A stretch of 64,000 bases of DNA. It comes from Butyricicoccus sp. (GTDB taxonomy: Bacteria; Bacillota; Clostridia; Oscillospirales; Butyricicoccaceae). The first letter of the stretch is position 1. Every line of letters begins with the position of its first letter. The notes below the pieces were generated by a model. The model was not told where the DNA came from, searched no databases, and saw only the letters and a list, made by a program, of their open reading frames with translations. Where the stretch lies: positions 277 to 64,276 of the forward strand of contig JAHHRO010000003.1 of NCBI GenBank assembly GCA_020025755.1, given 5' to 3'. The position numbers and the translations under genes were made by a program. Of this stretch, positions 40,124 to 48,797 are shown in pieces.

Positions 40124-40689
40124 CAAACACCTCCAAACGAGCTGAACGGGAATACCACGCCCAATACATGCCCGATGATATAATGTTCATCCACCAGACC
40201 GATCTGCGGATCGCGGCTGTCACTCGATCCGTTGCGGTTGTCGCCCATCAAAAAGAGCTGACCCTCCGGTACGGTGAGTGGGAATGCCATGCCCTCGGCG
40301 GTGTAGGTCGGTTCATTGATGTAGGGCTCGTCGAGGACTTCTCCGTTGACCATCACGTCGCCCGTTGCAAAGTTGATATCCACGGTGTCACCGCCCACGG
40401 CAATGATGCGCTTGACGATAGAGCCATACTGTGTGCTCGGCTTGTTGACCACGACCACGTCGCCGCGATTGGGTGCATATCCCAGATTGCTGACGATCAT
40501 CATATCATGGTCATGCAGGGTTGGCACCATGGAACTGCCTGCCACTGATATCATACGAAACAAAAAGGTAAACACCACGACCACAATGATTAGAGAAAAC
40601 GCGATGGATTCGCTCCAATCAAATAGACTGGAGGAAAAACGCCCCTCCCGTTCACCGTGTTGCAGTGCCTTTGGATCTGTCTGATTCAT
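40123..40689 (-). CDS. lepB: Signal peptidase I
   Basis: GSSMVPTL, VKRIIA and MGDNRNGSSDSR. Own promoter TTGCGT-N17-TATAAT (40756-40728). Confidence 0.93.
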   Translation of the reverse strand: MNQTDPKALQHGEREGRFSSSLFDWSESIAFSLIIVVVVFTFLFRMISVAGSSMVPTLHDHDMMIVSNLGYAPNRGDVVVVNKPSTQYGSIVKRIIAVGGDTVDINFATGDVMVNGEVLDEPYINEPTYTAEGMAFPLTVPEGQLFLMGDNRNGSSDSRDPQIGLVDEHYIIGHVLGVVFPFSSFGGV

Positions 40690-41072
40690 TTTGTGTTCCT
40701 CCCTCAAATGGATTGACATACGCCTTTATTATAGTACGAAACCCTGTTTTACGCAACCAAATCTTATAATTTTCCACAGGAAATCAATTTTGACAGGTGA
40801 TATGATGCATTTTGATCTGTTGGGCTTGTTCGGTCAAGGCAGAAACTGTGGAGCGGTTGTGAATGGTTCCGTTTACTGGAAATCCGCGGTGATTTTCATT
40901 TTCGCTGAAAAAATTTGCTTTGGCAAGCAGGGAAACGTGTCGCGGTCTCGCGACGGAGACACAAGGAATAGAACCTTACGGGGCTGATTGCTCTATTAGC
41001 TGAAAATACATTACACAGCCGTTTATGACTTGGGCGACGGGGTCGCCCACAGCCTCCTTATGAAGTTTTCGC

Positions 41073-41098
41073 CGTGTTGCATTTGACTTGACAGTTCA
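41073..41098. mobile_element. Possible solitary IS30-type terminal inverted repeat remnant
   Basis: gtgttgcatttgacttgacagttca resembles IS30-family ends (TGTTGCA motif near the terminus). No partner IR or transposase found. Confidence 0.3.
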
Positions 41099-41118
41099 AA
41101 TCCCATAACTGCAGCGCA

Positions 41119-41160
41119 TAAAAATACCCTCCTTACTGTTTGTCCAGTAAAGAGGGTACC
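41119..41160 (-). terminator. Terminator of the small membrane-protein gene
   Basis: taccctctttactg / cagtaaggagggta followed by TTTTT on the minus strand. Confidence 0.7.
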
Positions 41161-41188
41161 TATCACAATGATTCGGAGATTTTTGTTC

Positions 41189-41566
41189 CTATTCTGCTTG
41201 CACCAGCCGTTCCCAATATCGACTGCGAGCACACCAGAACGTGCCTGCGATAAGCAGCACCGTAATGGCAAGGGCACCCCAGCGTCCTATATAGTCTGCC
41301 CGATACCCACGATTCACGCCATACATCAGCCCTGCACCAAGGATATAAATCATAAACCGCATGAAATCGATCCGCTTAATCGTAAATGTTTTGATGCGAA
41401 CCCACCATAAAACTACTGCCAGGATCCCTACTGTGATGGCAAGAGAACTCCAACGCCCCACATAGCCTGCGTTGTACCCAACATTTACAGCACACAAGAG
41501 TACAGCACCAACCATACAGGTCATAAATCGAATGAAATCCGCCTGCTTTTCCGTGCGTGTTTTCAT
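41189..41566 (-). CDS. Hypothetical small integral membrane protein with an internal duplication
   Basis: RBS GAGGAGG, promoter TTGCTT-N17-TATACT (41642-41614), downstream terminator and two homologous halves. Confidence 0.75.
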   Translation of the reverse strand: MKTRTEKQADFIRFMTCMVGAVLLCAVNVGYNAGYVGRWSSLAITVGILAVVLWWVRIKTFTIKRIDFMRFMIYILGAGLMYGVNRGYRADYIGRWGALAITVLLIAGTFWCARSRYWERLVQAE

Positions 41567-41725
41567 AACGGCACCTCCTCATGATTTAACAGGGATCTTC
41601 ATTTGATATGCCTAGTATAGATCGCTTTCTCAGCGAAAGCAAGATACAAAATATCCAAAACCTTATTATTTTTTTGTGTAATATTTCTATATCAGAGCGA
41701 GAGCACGGCGTTGATATCCGGCATT

Positions 41726-42004
41726 TTATACAAAGAATTTGGGAAGCTGCCAAAACAGCAACAGCAATGCAGCCGCGATCTCTACTGCGACAATAAGATA
41801 GTTTTTTGCGCGAACCTCCTGATACACCGTGACGATCCACGAGATCACAAGCAGCGGTAAGGCAAGAAAAACCAGAAGCAGTCCCAGCGGCATCAGGACA
41901 CGAAATAGGATATGGGGATGTCCCACCCCTGTCACAAACAGTGGGATCCAGCATGTAAACCCAACGAGCGCACACCAAATCGCAGCTTTTCTCCATCCAT
42001 TCAT
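41726..42004 (-). CDS. Hypothetical 92-aa membrane protein (about 3 TM)
   Basis: RBS AAAGGAG/GGAG and three hydrophobic segments. Confidence 0.65.
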   Translation of the reverse strand: MNGWRKAAIWCALVGFTCWIPLFVTGVGHPHILFRVLMPLGLLLVFLALPLLVISWIVTVYQEVRAKNYLIVAVEIAAALLLLFWQLPKFFV

Positions 42005-42136
42005 CGTTGTTCTCCGCTCCTTTCTGTGCGTCATGTAAATATATGCAATACTATCATAAAATTACATGGAACGACAAGAGGCAGACTGTATAACATATCT
42101 GCTTCATTTTCATGCACAATGACAACACCGTATCAC

Positions 42137-43498
42137 TCACCCATTCCAGCGCAATCCCTTTGGATAATGATTTTTCAGCATGCCGCCACTGACCTTCCCC
42201 CAGCCAAGCGAGATGCCGTCGACCAACACCAGCGTCCAGCCGTTTTCCCCCTCGCATGCGAGTGCCTGTCCGCATAGATACGGAATACTTTGCTCCGCTG
42301 TCAGGTGCAGGACGCGCTTTGCATCCGCTGCCCCCAGCGCAAGCGCAAGCGCATGGGAAGGCTCAAAGCGTCCCTTTTTGACCGTTCCCAGCTGTAATCC
42401 CTGCCGCAGGACGCGCAGACCGCTGACATCCGGCATTTCCTCGGGCAATGCCCAAAGCTGATCCCCACCGCGCACGAGGTATGGAAAGCGGCATGTCAGT
42501 GTTTCCGTCTCAAAAGTGCGATACTCTATTGGGATCTCCTTGCCATCGAGTCCCTTTGCCCGTTTCGGTTCAGCTGCTTCATCCGTCTGCCCACCATGGA
42601 CGAGGACAGCGGCAAAATGTCCCTCACCCTCCAGCTTATGCGGAAACAGGCGGCAGGCTTTGACAAGCTCTGCGCTGCCATTTGCGATCCAATCCGGTCT
42701 TCCCGGCGCAAAATAGGTCTGCTCCGGCACTTCCGCAATGAAAAACGCAGGATGACGGTCTAAAAAGTCTTGTACACTGCCCTCGTCCTCCTCAGGTGCA
42801 AAGGTACAGGTCGAATAAACGATTTTACCGCCCGATCTCAGCATAGCTGCCGCACAGTCTAAGATCTCCGCTTGTCTCTCGGCGCATTTCTGTGGTGCGT
42901 CCGGTGTCCATTCAGTCACGGCGATTTCATCCTTGCGGAACATTCCCTCTCCTGAGCAGGGTGCATCGACTACGATGCAGTCAAAGTATCCTGCAAACCG
43001 CTCTGCCAATCTCTGCGGCGTTTCATTGGTCACAAGGCAGTTGGGTATGCCGGCACGCTCCACACTTTGCGCCAAGATCTTGGCGCGTGCCGGATGGATC
43101 TCATTGGCAACAAGAATCCCTTTCCCCTGCAAATATCCTGCCAAATGGGTGGTCTTACCGCCGGGAGCGGCACAGAGATCAAGTACACGCATCCCCGGCT
43201 CGGGTGCCGCGAGCGCACCCACCGCCATGGCGGATGGTTCCTGAATATAGTAAAGCCCTGCTTCATAATACGGATGTCTGCCCGGTCTGGTATCGGGATC
43301 ATAATAAAAGCCGTGCTCTGCCCACGGGATCGGTCGTAAACCGAACTGCGCATCAAGCTCCAGCCGCTCGCCCCCCTGCTTCAATGGATTGCGGCGCAGG
43401 CCGTAGGAACGCCCCTGCTCCATTGCCTGCACAAATATGGGGAATTCCTCCCCCAGCAGGGCTTCCATACGCTTTAAAAATTCAACCGGTAATGCCAT
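42137..43498 (-). CDS. RsmF/RsmB-NOP family rRNA cytosine-C5 methyltransferase
   Basis: YYIQEPSAM, LDLCAAPGGKT, VDAPCSGEGMFRK, YSTCTF and C-terminal KNHYPKGLR. Confidence 0.92.
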   Translation of the reverse strand: MALPVEFLKRMEALLGEEFPIFVQAMEQGRSYGLRRNPLKQGGERLELDAQFGLRPIPWAEHGFYYDPDTRPGRHPYYEAGLYYIQEPSAMAVGALAAPEPGMRVLDLCAAPGGKTTHLAGYLQGKGILVANEIHPARAKILAQSVERAGIPNCLVTNETPQRLAERFAGYFDCIVVDAPCSGEGMFRKDEIAVTEWTPDAPQKCAERQAEILDCAAAMLRSGGKIVYSTCTFAPEEDEGSVQDFLDRHPAFFIAEVPEQTYFAPGRPDWIANGSAELVKACRLFPHKLEGEGHFAAVLVHGGQTDEAAEPKRAKGLDGKEIPIEYRTFETETLTCRFPYLVRGGDQLWALPEEMPDVSGLRVLRQGLQLGTVKKGRFEPSHALALALGAADAKRVLHLTAEQSIPYLCGQALACEGENGWTLVLVDGISLGWGKVSGGMLKNHYPKGLRWNG

Positions 43499-43673
43499 AC
43501 CATATCCTCCTGTTTTCATCATATATTCCGCTTTGGGTGTCACAGCTGCCCTCTTTTGATCGGCTTTCCTGCCCTCCATGCTTATTTTTGTGCACCCTGC
43601 GCGGTAAAATCCTGTATATCACTTTTATTTCCGTAATATTCTATCATATTTTCAACAACCTGAACAACTACTT

Positions 43674-43716
43674 TATCAAAAGCACCCTTGACATTCCAAA
43701 GGTGCTTTGATACAAT
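43674..43716 (+). promoter_or_regulatory. Sigma-A promoter of the EIIA-EIIB-nagB operon with a flanking inverted repeat
   Basis: TTGACA(43688)-N17-TACAAT(43711) with extended TG. tatcaaaagcacc...ggtgctttgata brackets the -35 box. Confidence 0.75.
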
Positions 43717-43750
43717 AAATTTAGCAAAATTTCTTCATAAATTCAGCTTT

Positions 43751-43834
43751 AGATTGTGATTGGTCATGTAGGCAAAACCAAATTTCTTCGGCAATCTTTT
43801 TTGTTGCCTGCATAGAAGTTTGGTTTTTTATTTT
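43751..43834 (+). promoter_or_regulatory. RAT (BglG/SacY antiterminator target) overlapping a leader terminator
   Basis: AGATTGTGATTGGTCATGTAGGCAAAACC resembles the RAT consensus GGATTGTNACTG...CAGGCAA(A/G)ACC. It overlaps the terminator aaaaccaaatttct...agaagtttggtttt plus T run. Confidence 0.75.
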
Positions 43835-43880
43835 GTCTGTATCACCCAAAATCCATGTACGAGAAAGGTTGTTACGATCC

Positions 43881-44375
43881 ATGTTTTCCAGACTCAAGCG
43901 TATGTTCAATAACGAAAGCAGTATGCAGATCACCTCTCCATTATCCGGCAAGGTCTGCCCACTGTCCGATGTCAACGACCCAACGTTTTCTCAGGAGATC
44001 CTTGGAAAAGGCTGTGCCATCCAACCTGCTGAAGGCAAGATCGTCGCTCCGGTGGATGCGATCGTCTCTATGATGTTCGATACTGGACACGCCGTATCTT
44101 TGGAAACATCCGATGGGATCGAACTTCTCATCCATGTCGGACTGGATACCGTCATGCTCAAGGGACAGCATTTTACACCCCATTGTGCAACAGGTGACAA
44201 GGTAAAGGCTGGAGATACGCTCCTTACCTTTGATACCGCTGCCATTCAGGCTGCTGGTTATGATACGATCGTTCCGGTCATCGTATGCAATGTGGATGAC
44301 TTCAAGGAGATCTCCACCGATATGATCGGAAGCACCGTGCACGCATTGGAACCGCTTTTGACCCTGAAAAAATAA
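43881..44375 (+). CDS. PTS glucose-family EIIA
   Basis: DPTFSQEILGKGCAI, TGHAV and ELLIHVGLDTV (phospho-His). Confidence 0.93.
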   Translation: MFSRLKRMFNNESSMQITSPLSGKVCPLSDVNDPTFSQEILGKGCAIQPAEGKIVAPVDAIVSMMFDTGHAVSLETSDGIELLIHVGLDTVMLKGQHFTPHCATGDKVKAGDTLLTFDTAAIQAAGYDTIVPVIVCNVDDFKEISTDMIGSTVHALEPLLTLKK

Positions 44376-44394
44376 ATATCGGAGGTTTTCTTAG

Positions 44395-44760
44395 ATGCAA
44401 ACAACCCTCATCCTGCTCGCTGTGCTTGTTGTCCTCATCGCAGGCGCGGTATTCTATTTGATGCGCAAGCCAAAAGCAAAGCGCGTCAGCACTGGAAAGA
44501 ACTATCTGGCAGAGGAAGACTATACCGGCCTTGCACAGGTGATCTTGGAGAACTTAGGCGGTGCCGAAAACATAGCATCCTTTGACCACTGTGTCAGCCG
44601 TCTGCGCCTTACGGTCAAGGACGCTGCACTGGTCAATGAAAAGCCCATCAAGGCAACCGGCATTGCCGGTCTCCTGCGTCCTGAAAAGACCAAGATCCAG
44701 CTCATCATCGGAAAAAAGGTATCGCTTGTCGCAGATGCCCTCAAAGCCATTGTAGGCTGA
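44395..44760 (+). CDS. Stand-alone PTS glucose-family EIIB with a single N-terminal TM anchor
   Basis: RBS GGAGG, hydrophobic residues about 5-22 followed by RKPKAKR, then LGGAENIASFDHCVSRLRLTVKD and QLIIG. Confidence 0.85.
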   Translation: MQTTLILLAVLVVLIAGAVFYLMRKPKAKRVSTGKNYLAEEDYTGLAQVILENLGGAENIASFDHCVSRLRLTVKDAALVNEKPIKATGIAGLLRPEKTKIQLIIGKKVSLVADALKAIVG

Positions 44761-44832
44761 CCGAAACCGCTCGCAAACAATACGGCATCTCTTTTGAGTA
44801 TGTGGTATTAAAATTAAAAGGAGAGATTACTT

Positions 44833-45561
44833 ATGAGAATCATTGCTGCAAAGGATTACAATGATATGAGCCGCAAGGCGGCAAATATCATTTCTGCTCA
44901 GGTCATTCTGAAGCCTGACTGTGTGCTGGGACTTGCAACCGGTTCCTCACCCGTTGGAACCTACAAGCAGCTCATCGAATGGCACAAGAAGGGTGATCTG
45001 GACTTCTCCGAAGTCAAGACTGCCAATCTGGACGAGTACCGTGGTCTGCCAAAATCCAACGACCAGAGCTATGACTACTTTATGAAGGATAATCTGTTCA
45101 ATCATATCAATATCAATTTCGACAACCTGAACATCCCGAACGGCGAGGAGCCGGACGCAGAGAAGGCTTGTGCAGATTACGACCGCATCATCGAGGAACT
45201 GGGCGGCGTGGATCTTCAGCTGCTCGGCATGGGTCATAACGGTCATATCGGCTTCAACGAACCTTCCGATGAGTTTACCAAGGGCACCAACTGTGTAGAC
45301 CTTCAGGAGAGCACCATCGAGGCAAACAAACGCTTCTTTGCTTCCATTGATGATGTACCGCGTCAGGCTTACACCATGGGCATCGGCACCATCATGGCTG
45401 CCAAGAAGATCCTCGTTGTAGTGAGCGGCAAGGACAAGGCAGAGATCGTAAAGAAGGCATTCTTCGGCCCGATCACGCCTCGCGTTCCGGCTTCCATCCT
45501 CCAGCTGCATCCAGATGTAACCGTTGTTGCAGACGCAGATGCACTCTCCCTGTGTGACTAA
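44833..45561 (+). CDS. nagB: Glucosamine-6-phosphate deaminase
   Basis: LGLATGSSP, NLDEY, LLGMGHNGHIGFNEP, TMGIGTI and PASILQLH. Confidence 0.97.
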   Translation: MRIIAAKDYNDMSRKAANIISAQVILKPDCVLGLATGSSPVGTYKQLIEWHKKGDLDFSEVKTANLDEYRGLPKSNDQSYDYFMKDNLFNHININFDNLNIPNGEEPDAEKACADYDRIIEELGGVDLQLLGMGHNGHIGFNEPSDEFTKGTNCVDLQESTIEANKRFFASIDDVPRQAYTMGIGTIMAAKKILVVVSGKDKAEIVKKAFFGPITPRVPASILQLHPDVTVVADADALSLCD

Positions 45562-45668
45562 TTCCTGCAAACTTTTAGGGGGATCCAATCCCCCTAGATA
45601 CAGAGCCGGTTCCAGTAGAAACCGGCTCTGATACCCCCGGTTTCGCGCCCGATGGCGCGGGTCGAGGG

Positions 45669-45758
45669 CAAAATCCAAGGCACATGTCCTTGGATTTTGA
45701 AAATTTTAAGTCGCTTCGCTCCAGACGAAACTGGCACAGAGACTTTTTTGACACGCTG
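45669..45758 (+). repeat. Short dispersed palindromic element (copy A)
   Basis: caaaatccaagg-cacatgt-ccttggattttg hairpin, then aaaattttaagtcgcttcgctcca...gacttttttgacacgctg. Homologous to 52513-52592 and 4773-4834. Confidence 0.65.
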
Positions 45759-45789
45759 AGGGCGTTCCCATTTTGGGAACGCCCTTTTT
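45759..45789. terminator. Terminator hairpin between the convergent nagB and DHHW genes
   Basis: agggcgttccca / tgggaacgccct followed by tttt. Confidence 0.7.
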
Positions 45790-45803
45790 CTGCTGTTCTC
45801 TGT

Positions 45804-46928
45804 TCATTTGATCTGCGCAATGCTGCGGTCGGTCATGAGGCTATCCAGCCCATAGCACAGCAAGATCTCATCTGCCGGATTTTCTTCCAGATATTCCGTG
45901 ACCGTCTGAGACTTGAAGTAGCGCAGGTCGATCAAATCGATCCTTGCAAAGTGCTGGGTCAAAAATGGTGCAAGACAATGCGCAAACGAGTCGCGCAAGA
46001 CAAGCAGTCTGCCGCCCTTGTTCCCCGTTTCAATGGTGACACGTCCATGATTGCCGTCCAAAAAGATCGGGTATTTGTCGGCTTTCTCCTGATGCTCCCA
46101 GAAAAACAGGCTATCCTGCTGTTTGGGCATTTTCATGTTTTCGTCCTGCACGGTTACAGTCACAGGTGCATCTGCCTCCCATACCTCCAAGGTATCGGGC
46201 GGTATTGCCCACAATCCGCTTTTTGCGTAGCTTGTACCATAGAAATCGGGCACCCGTGTGATCTTGTACGCACTTTTCGGGGTCGGTATACGGTCGCTTT
46301 GCGCACAGAACTGCTGATAGGCACGATATGCGCCCTCGGTTGTCCAATGGTGATCGGTGCGGTAAAACAGCTTTTCTCGCTCAGGGTCTGTCTCGAACGC
46401 CGTTAGCAGATCGCACCACTTCGCGCTTTCTCCCAGCGTTTCGTGTATCTCCTGCAAAAGCACAGCGTCAGGATAGCTTTCATGCAGGCGCGGCAAAAAA
46501 TCGTATTCGACTGCACCGGTGGTGGGAACGATCAGCGCAGCAGCCGGTTTGCCGGTCTGCTGTAAAAAGGCAGTGAGTGCGGACAGATTGCGGCGCAAAG
46601 TGCTGGTATCCTCGGCAAGCGGTGCAGCAATCAGCCAGTTTTCTTTCCCGCGATAGATCGTATTGACCGCGTTCAGTCCCTCCGCCTGCCGCAGAGCGGC
46701 ATTGACCCCGATGAGGGTCTCACGCGCCGGAAAATGATCGGTCAGGTAGGTTTCCGCCTGCTCCATAAAGCGTCCGTCTGCGATATGTGCCAGCGAAACG
46801 CGCGGCGGCTTGCTCAGGACGCGTTTTTCCTTCTCCGATACGGCATCATGCGGCAGCAGCCAAAACGCTCCCTGCACTCCGACCATCACAAAGGCAAATG
46901 CACCCAGAAAAATATACTCTCGTTTCAT
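45804..46928 (-). CDS. DHHW family protein (AlgJ/AlgX-like extracytoplasmic O-acetyltransferase)
   Basis: N-terminal anchor, SEKEKRVL, YLTDHFPAR, FYRTDHHWTTEGAY and RDSFAH. Confidence 0.85.
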   Translation of the reverse strand: MKREYIFLGAFAFVMVGVQGAFWLLPHDAVSEKEKRVLSKPPRVSLAHIADGRFMEQAETYLTDHFPARETLIGVNAALRQAEGLNAVNTIYRGKENWLIAAPLAEDTSTLRRNLSALTAFLQQTGKPAAALIVPTTGAVEYDFLPRLHESYPDAVLLQEIHETLGESAKWCDLLTAFETDPEREKLFYRTDHHWTTEGAYRAYQQFCAQSDRIPTPKSAYKITRVPDFYGTSYAKSGLWAIPPDTLEVWEADAPVTVTVQDENMKMPKQQDSLFFWEHQEKADKYPIFLDGNHGRVTIETGNKGGRLLVLRDSFAHCLAPFLTQHFARIDLIDLRYFKSQTVTEYLEENPADEILLCYGLDSLMTDRSIAQIK

Positions 46929-46940
46929 GCATGCCTCCCC

Positions 46941-48305
46941 TTAAAACCGAAAGTACAGGAATGGATTGTAGCTGTTCGCCACGAACGCCGCGGTACTCAG
47001 CAGTAAAACTGCCAGACACAGCACAAATGAAAGGGCGTCTGCCCATGCACGCGCGTGTATCCTTGCCCATAGCTTTGCGCCGAGCGGCGTACATGCCACA
47101 GCACAAACCAGTAAAAGCGGCAAATAGGACAGTGTCACGACCTGCATGTGTTCCTGCATCGCGCCGCCTGTAAACATCGCCGCCAAATATGCGCCCAGCC
47201 TGCCTAAGTCCTCCACGGAAAACAGCACCCAGCCAACGCCTATCCCCAGCAGGGTATAGCCATGCCGCAGGATGCGCGGCAAACGGGCAAGCCGATCTTC
47301 CCCGATCCACTTTTCAAGGGACAGCAGGACAAAATAATAGATACCCCACAGGACAAAATTCCATGCCGCCCCATGCCAAAGACCGGTCAGCACCCAGACG
47401 ATGAACAAGTGCACAAAGACATTGCCGCGGCGGCTGCCGCCGAGTGGGATATATACATAGTCACGAAACCAGCTGGATAACGTGATATGCCACCGCCGCC
47501 AGAACTCCGTGATGCTCTTTGCGCAGTATGGATAGCGGAAATTTTCGGGCAGATCGAATCCGAACAGCAACCCCAGTCCACGCGCCATATCCGAATATCC
47601 GCTGAAATCGAAATAGATCTGGAATGTAAATGCAAGCACACCCAGCCACGCGCCCAAGCTGCCGCTTTCGGACAGATGTGCCGTGACCTGCTCAAACATG
47701 CCAGCAATCTGATTGGCAAGCAGAACTTTCTTGCCCAGTCCAATGGCAATATATTGGATTCCCTGAACCCCCTGCCGCGCACTCTCCTTACGCGCAGTCA
47801 GCTGCAAGCGCAGGGTATCATAGCGCACGATCGGTCCTGCGATCAGCTGCGGAAAAAATGTGAGATATGATGCAAAGTCCACAAAGCTCTTTTCTGCCGG
47901 AACGGTCTGTCTCCAAACATCTATCAAATAAGAAACAACCTGAAAGGTATAAAAGGATATGCCAAGCGGGAGCGCGAGCCCCAGCCTGCTGTCCATGCCT
48001 AGCGTGCCGAGTGCAAAATCTGCATATTTAAACACAAACAGCAGTCCAAGATCCAGCACCAGCGCACCGATAAAAACCGCTGTGCGCAGGCGTTTGCGTG
48101 TAAGGCGCACGAGTGCAAGTCCAGCCGCCCAGTTGACTGCCGCCGTACCCAGAATAACAGGCACGAAAGACGGTTCGCCCCACCCATAAAAGAACAGATT
48201 TGCCGCAAGCAGGAACAGATTCCGCGCCTGCTTGGGCAGAAGATAGTACCCCAACAGCACAAGGGGCAGGAAAAAATATAAAAAGGTCAGTCCTGAAAAA
48301 ATCAC
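46941..48305 (-). CDS. MBOAT family O-acyltransferase (AlgI/DltB-like)
   Basis: LPLGISFYTFQ, FPQLIAGPIVR, QIYFDFSGYSDMA, FWRRWHITL and TGLWHGA. Confidence 0.93.
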   Translation of the reverse strand: MIFSGLTFLYFFLPLVLLGYYLLPKQARNLFLLAANLFFYGWGEPSFVPVILGTAAVNWAAGLALVRLTRKRLRTAVFIGALVLDLGLLFVFKYADFALGTLGMDSRLGLALPLGISFYTFQVVSYLIDVWRQTVPAEKSFVDFASYLTFFPQLIAGPIVRYDTLRLQLTARKESARQGVQGIQYIAIGLGKKVLLANQIAGMFEQVTAHLSESGSLGAWLGVLAFTFQIYFDFSGYSDMARGLGLLFGFDLPENFRYPYCAKSITEFWRRWHITLSSWFRDYVYIPLGGSRRGNVFVHLFIVWVLTGLWHGAAWNFVLWGIYYFVLLSLEKWIGEDRLARLPRILRHGYTLLGIGVGWVLFSVEDLGRLGAYLAAMFTGGAMQEHMQVVTLSYLPLLLVCAVACTPLGAKLWARIHARAWADALSFVLCLAVLLLSTAAFVANSYNPFLYFRF

Positions 48306-48320
48306 CGATCCGTGCTCCCC

Positions 48321-48797
48321 TTATTTGAACAGCGCATCAATGGCATCTGCCGCCGCTTCATTGTCCGCAGTCACGGCATAAATGACGCAATCCCCCTCCC
48401 GACGGAACACTGCCGTTTCCAGTTTGGGTACTTCTTCCGGCTTATAATCCGAATAGCCCTCGATCCAGTTGGAATTGAAAGTTTCCAGCACCTGTGCGAT
48501 GGCCTCCGCGCCTGCTTCATCCTGCGCTTTCCAAACGGAAAGCGTCTCTGCCGTTGCACCCGATCCAACGAGGGATGCGGAATCCTTGACTAGCGTATCA
48601 TCCATCTCAAAAAAAAGATTGGTTTCCTCCATATTCTTTTCAATGATCTCGTCCGTGAATGTGACCTGCTGCTGCAAGTCCCCGATAACGTCCTTCGCCG
48701 CAGGCAGCTCCTTTGCTTCCTGCTTGCCGCAGCCTGTAAGTAATATGGTAAAAAGTGCCGCCCCTGCAAGGCAGTGCTGATAGGTACGATGATTCAT
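48321..48797 (-). CDS. Lipoprotein of MBOAT/DHHW operons (DUF4358-like)
   Basis: Lipobox LLTGC and GSGATAE...YSDYKPEEVPKLETA; operon position. Confidence 0.7.
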   Translation of the reverse strand: MNHRTYQHCLAGAALFTILLTGCGKQEAKELPAAKDVIGDLQQQVTFTDEIIEKNMEETNLFFEMDDTLVKDSASLVGSGATAETLSVWKAQDEAGAEAIAQVLETFNSNWIEGYSDYKPEEVPKLETAVFRREGDCVIYAVTADNEAAADAIDALFK

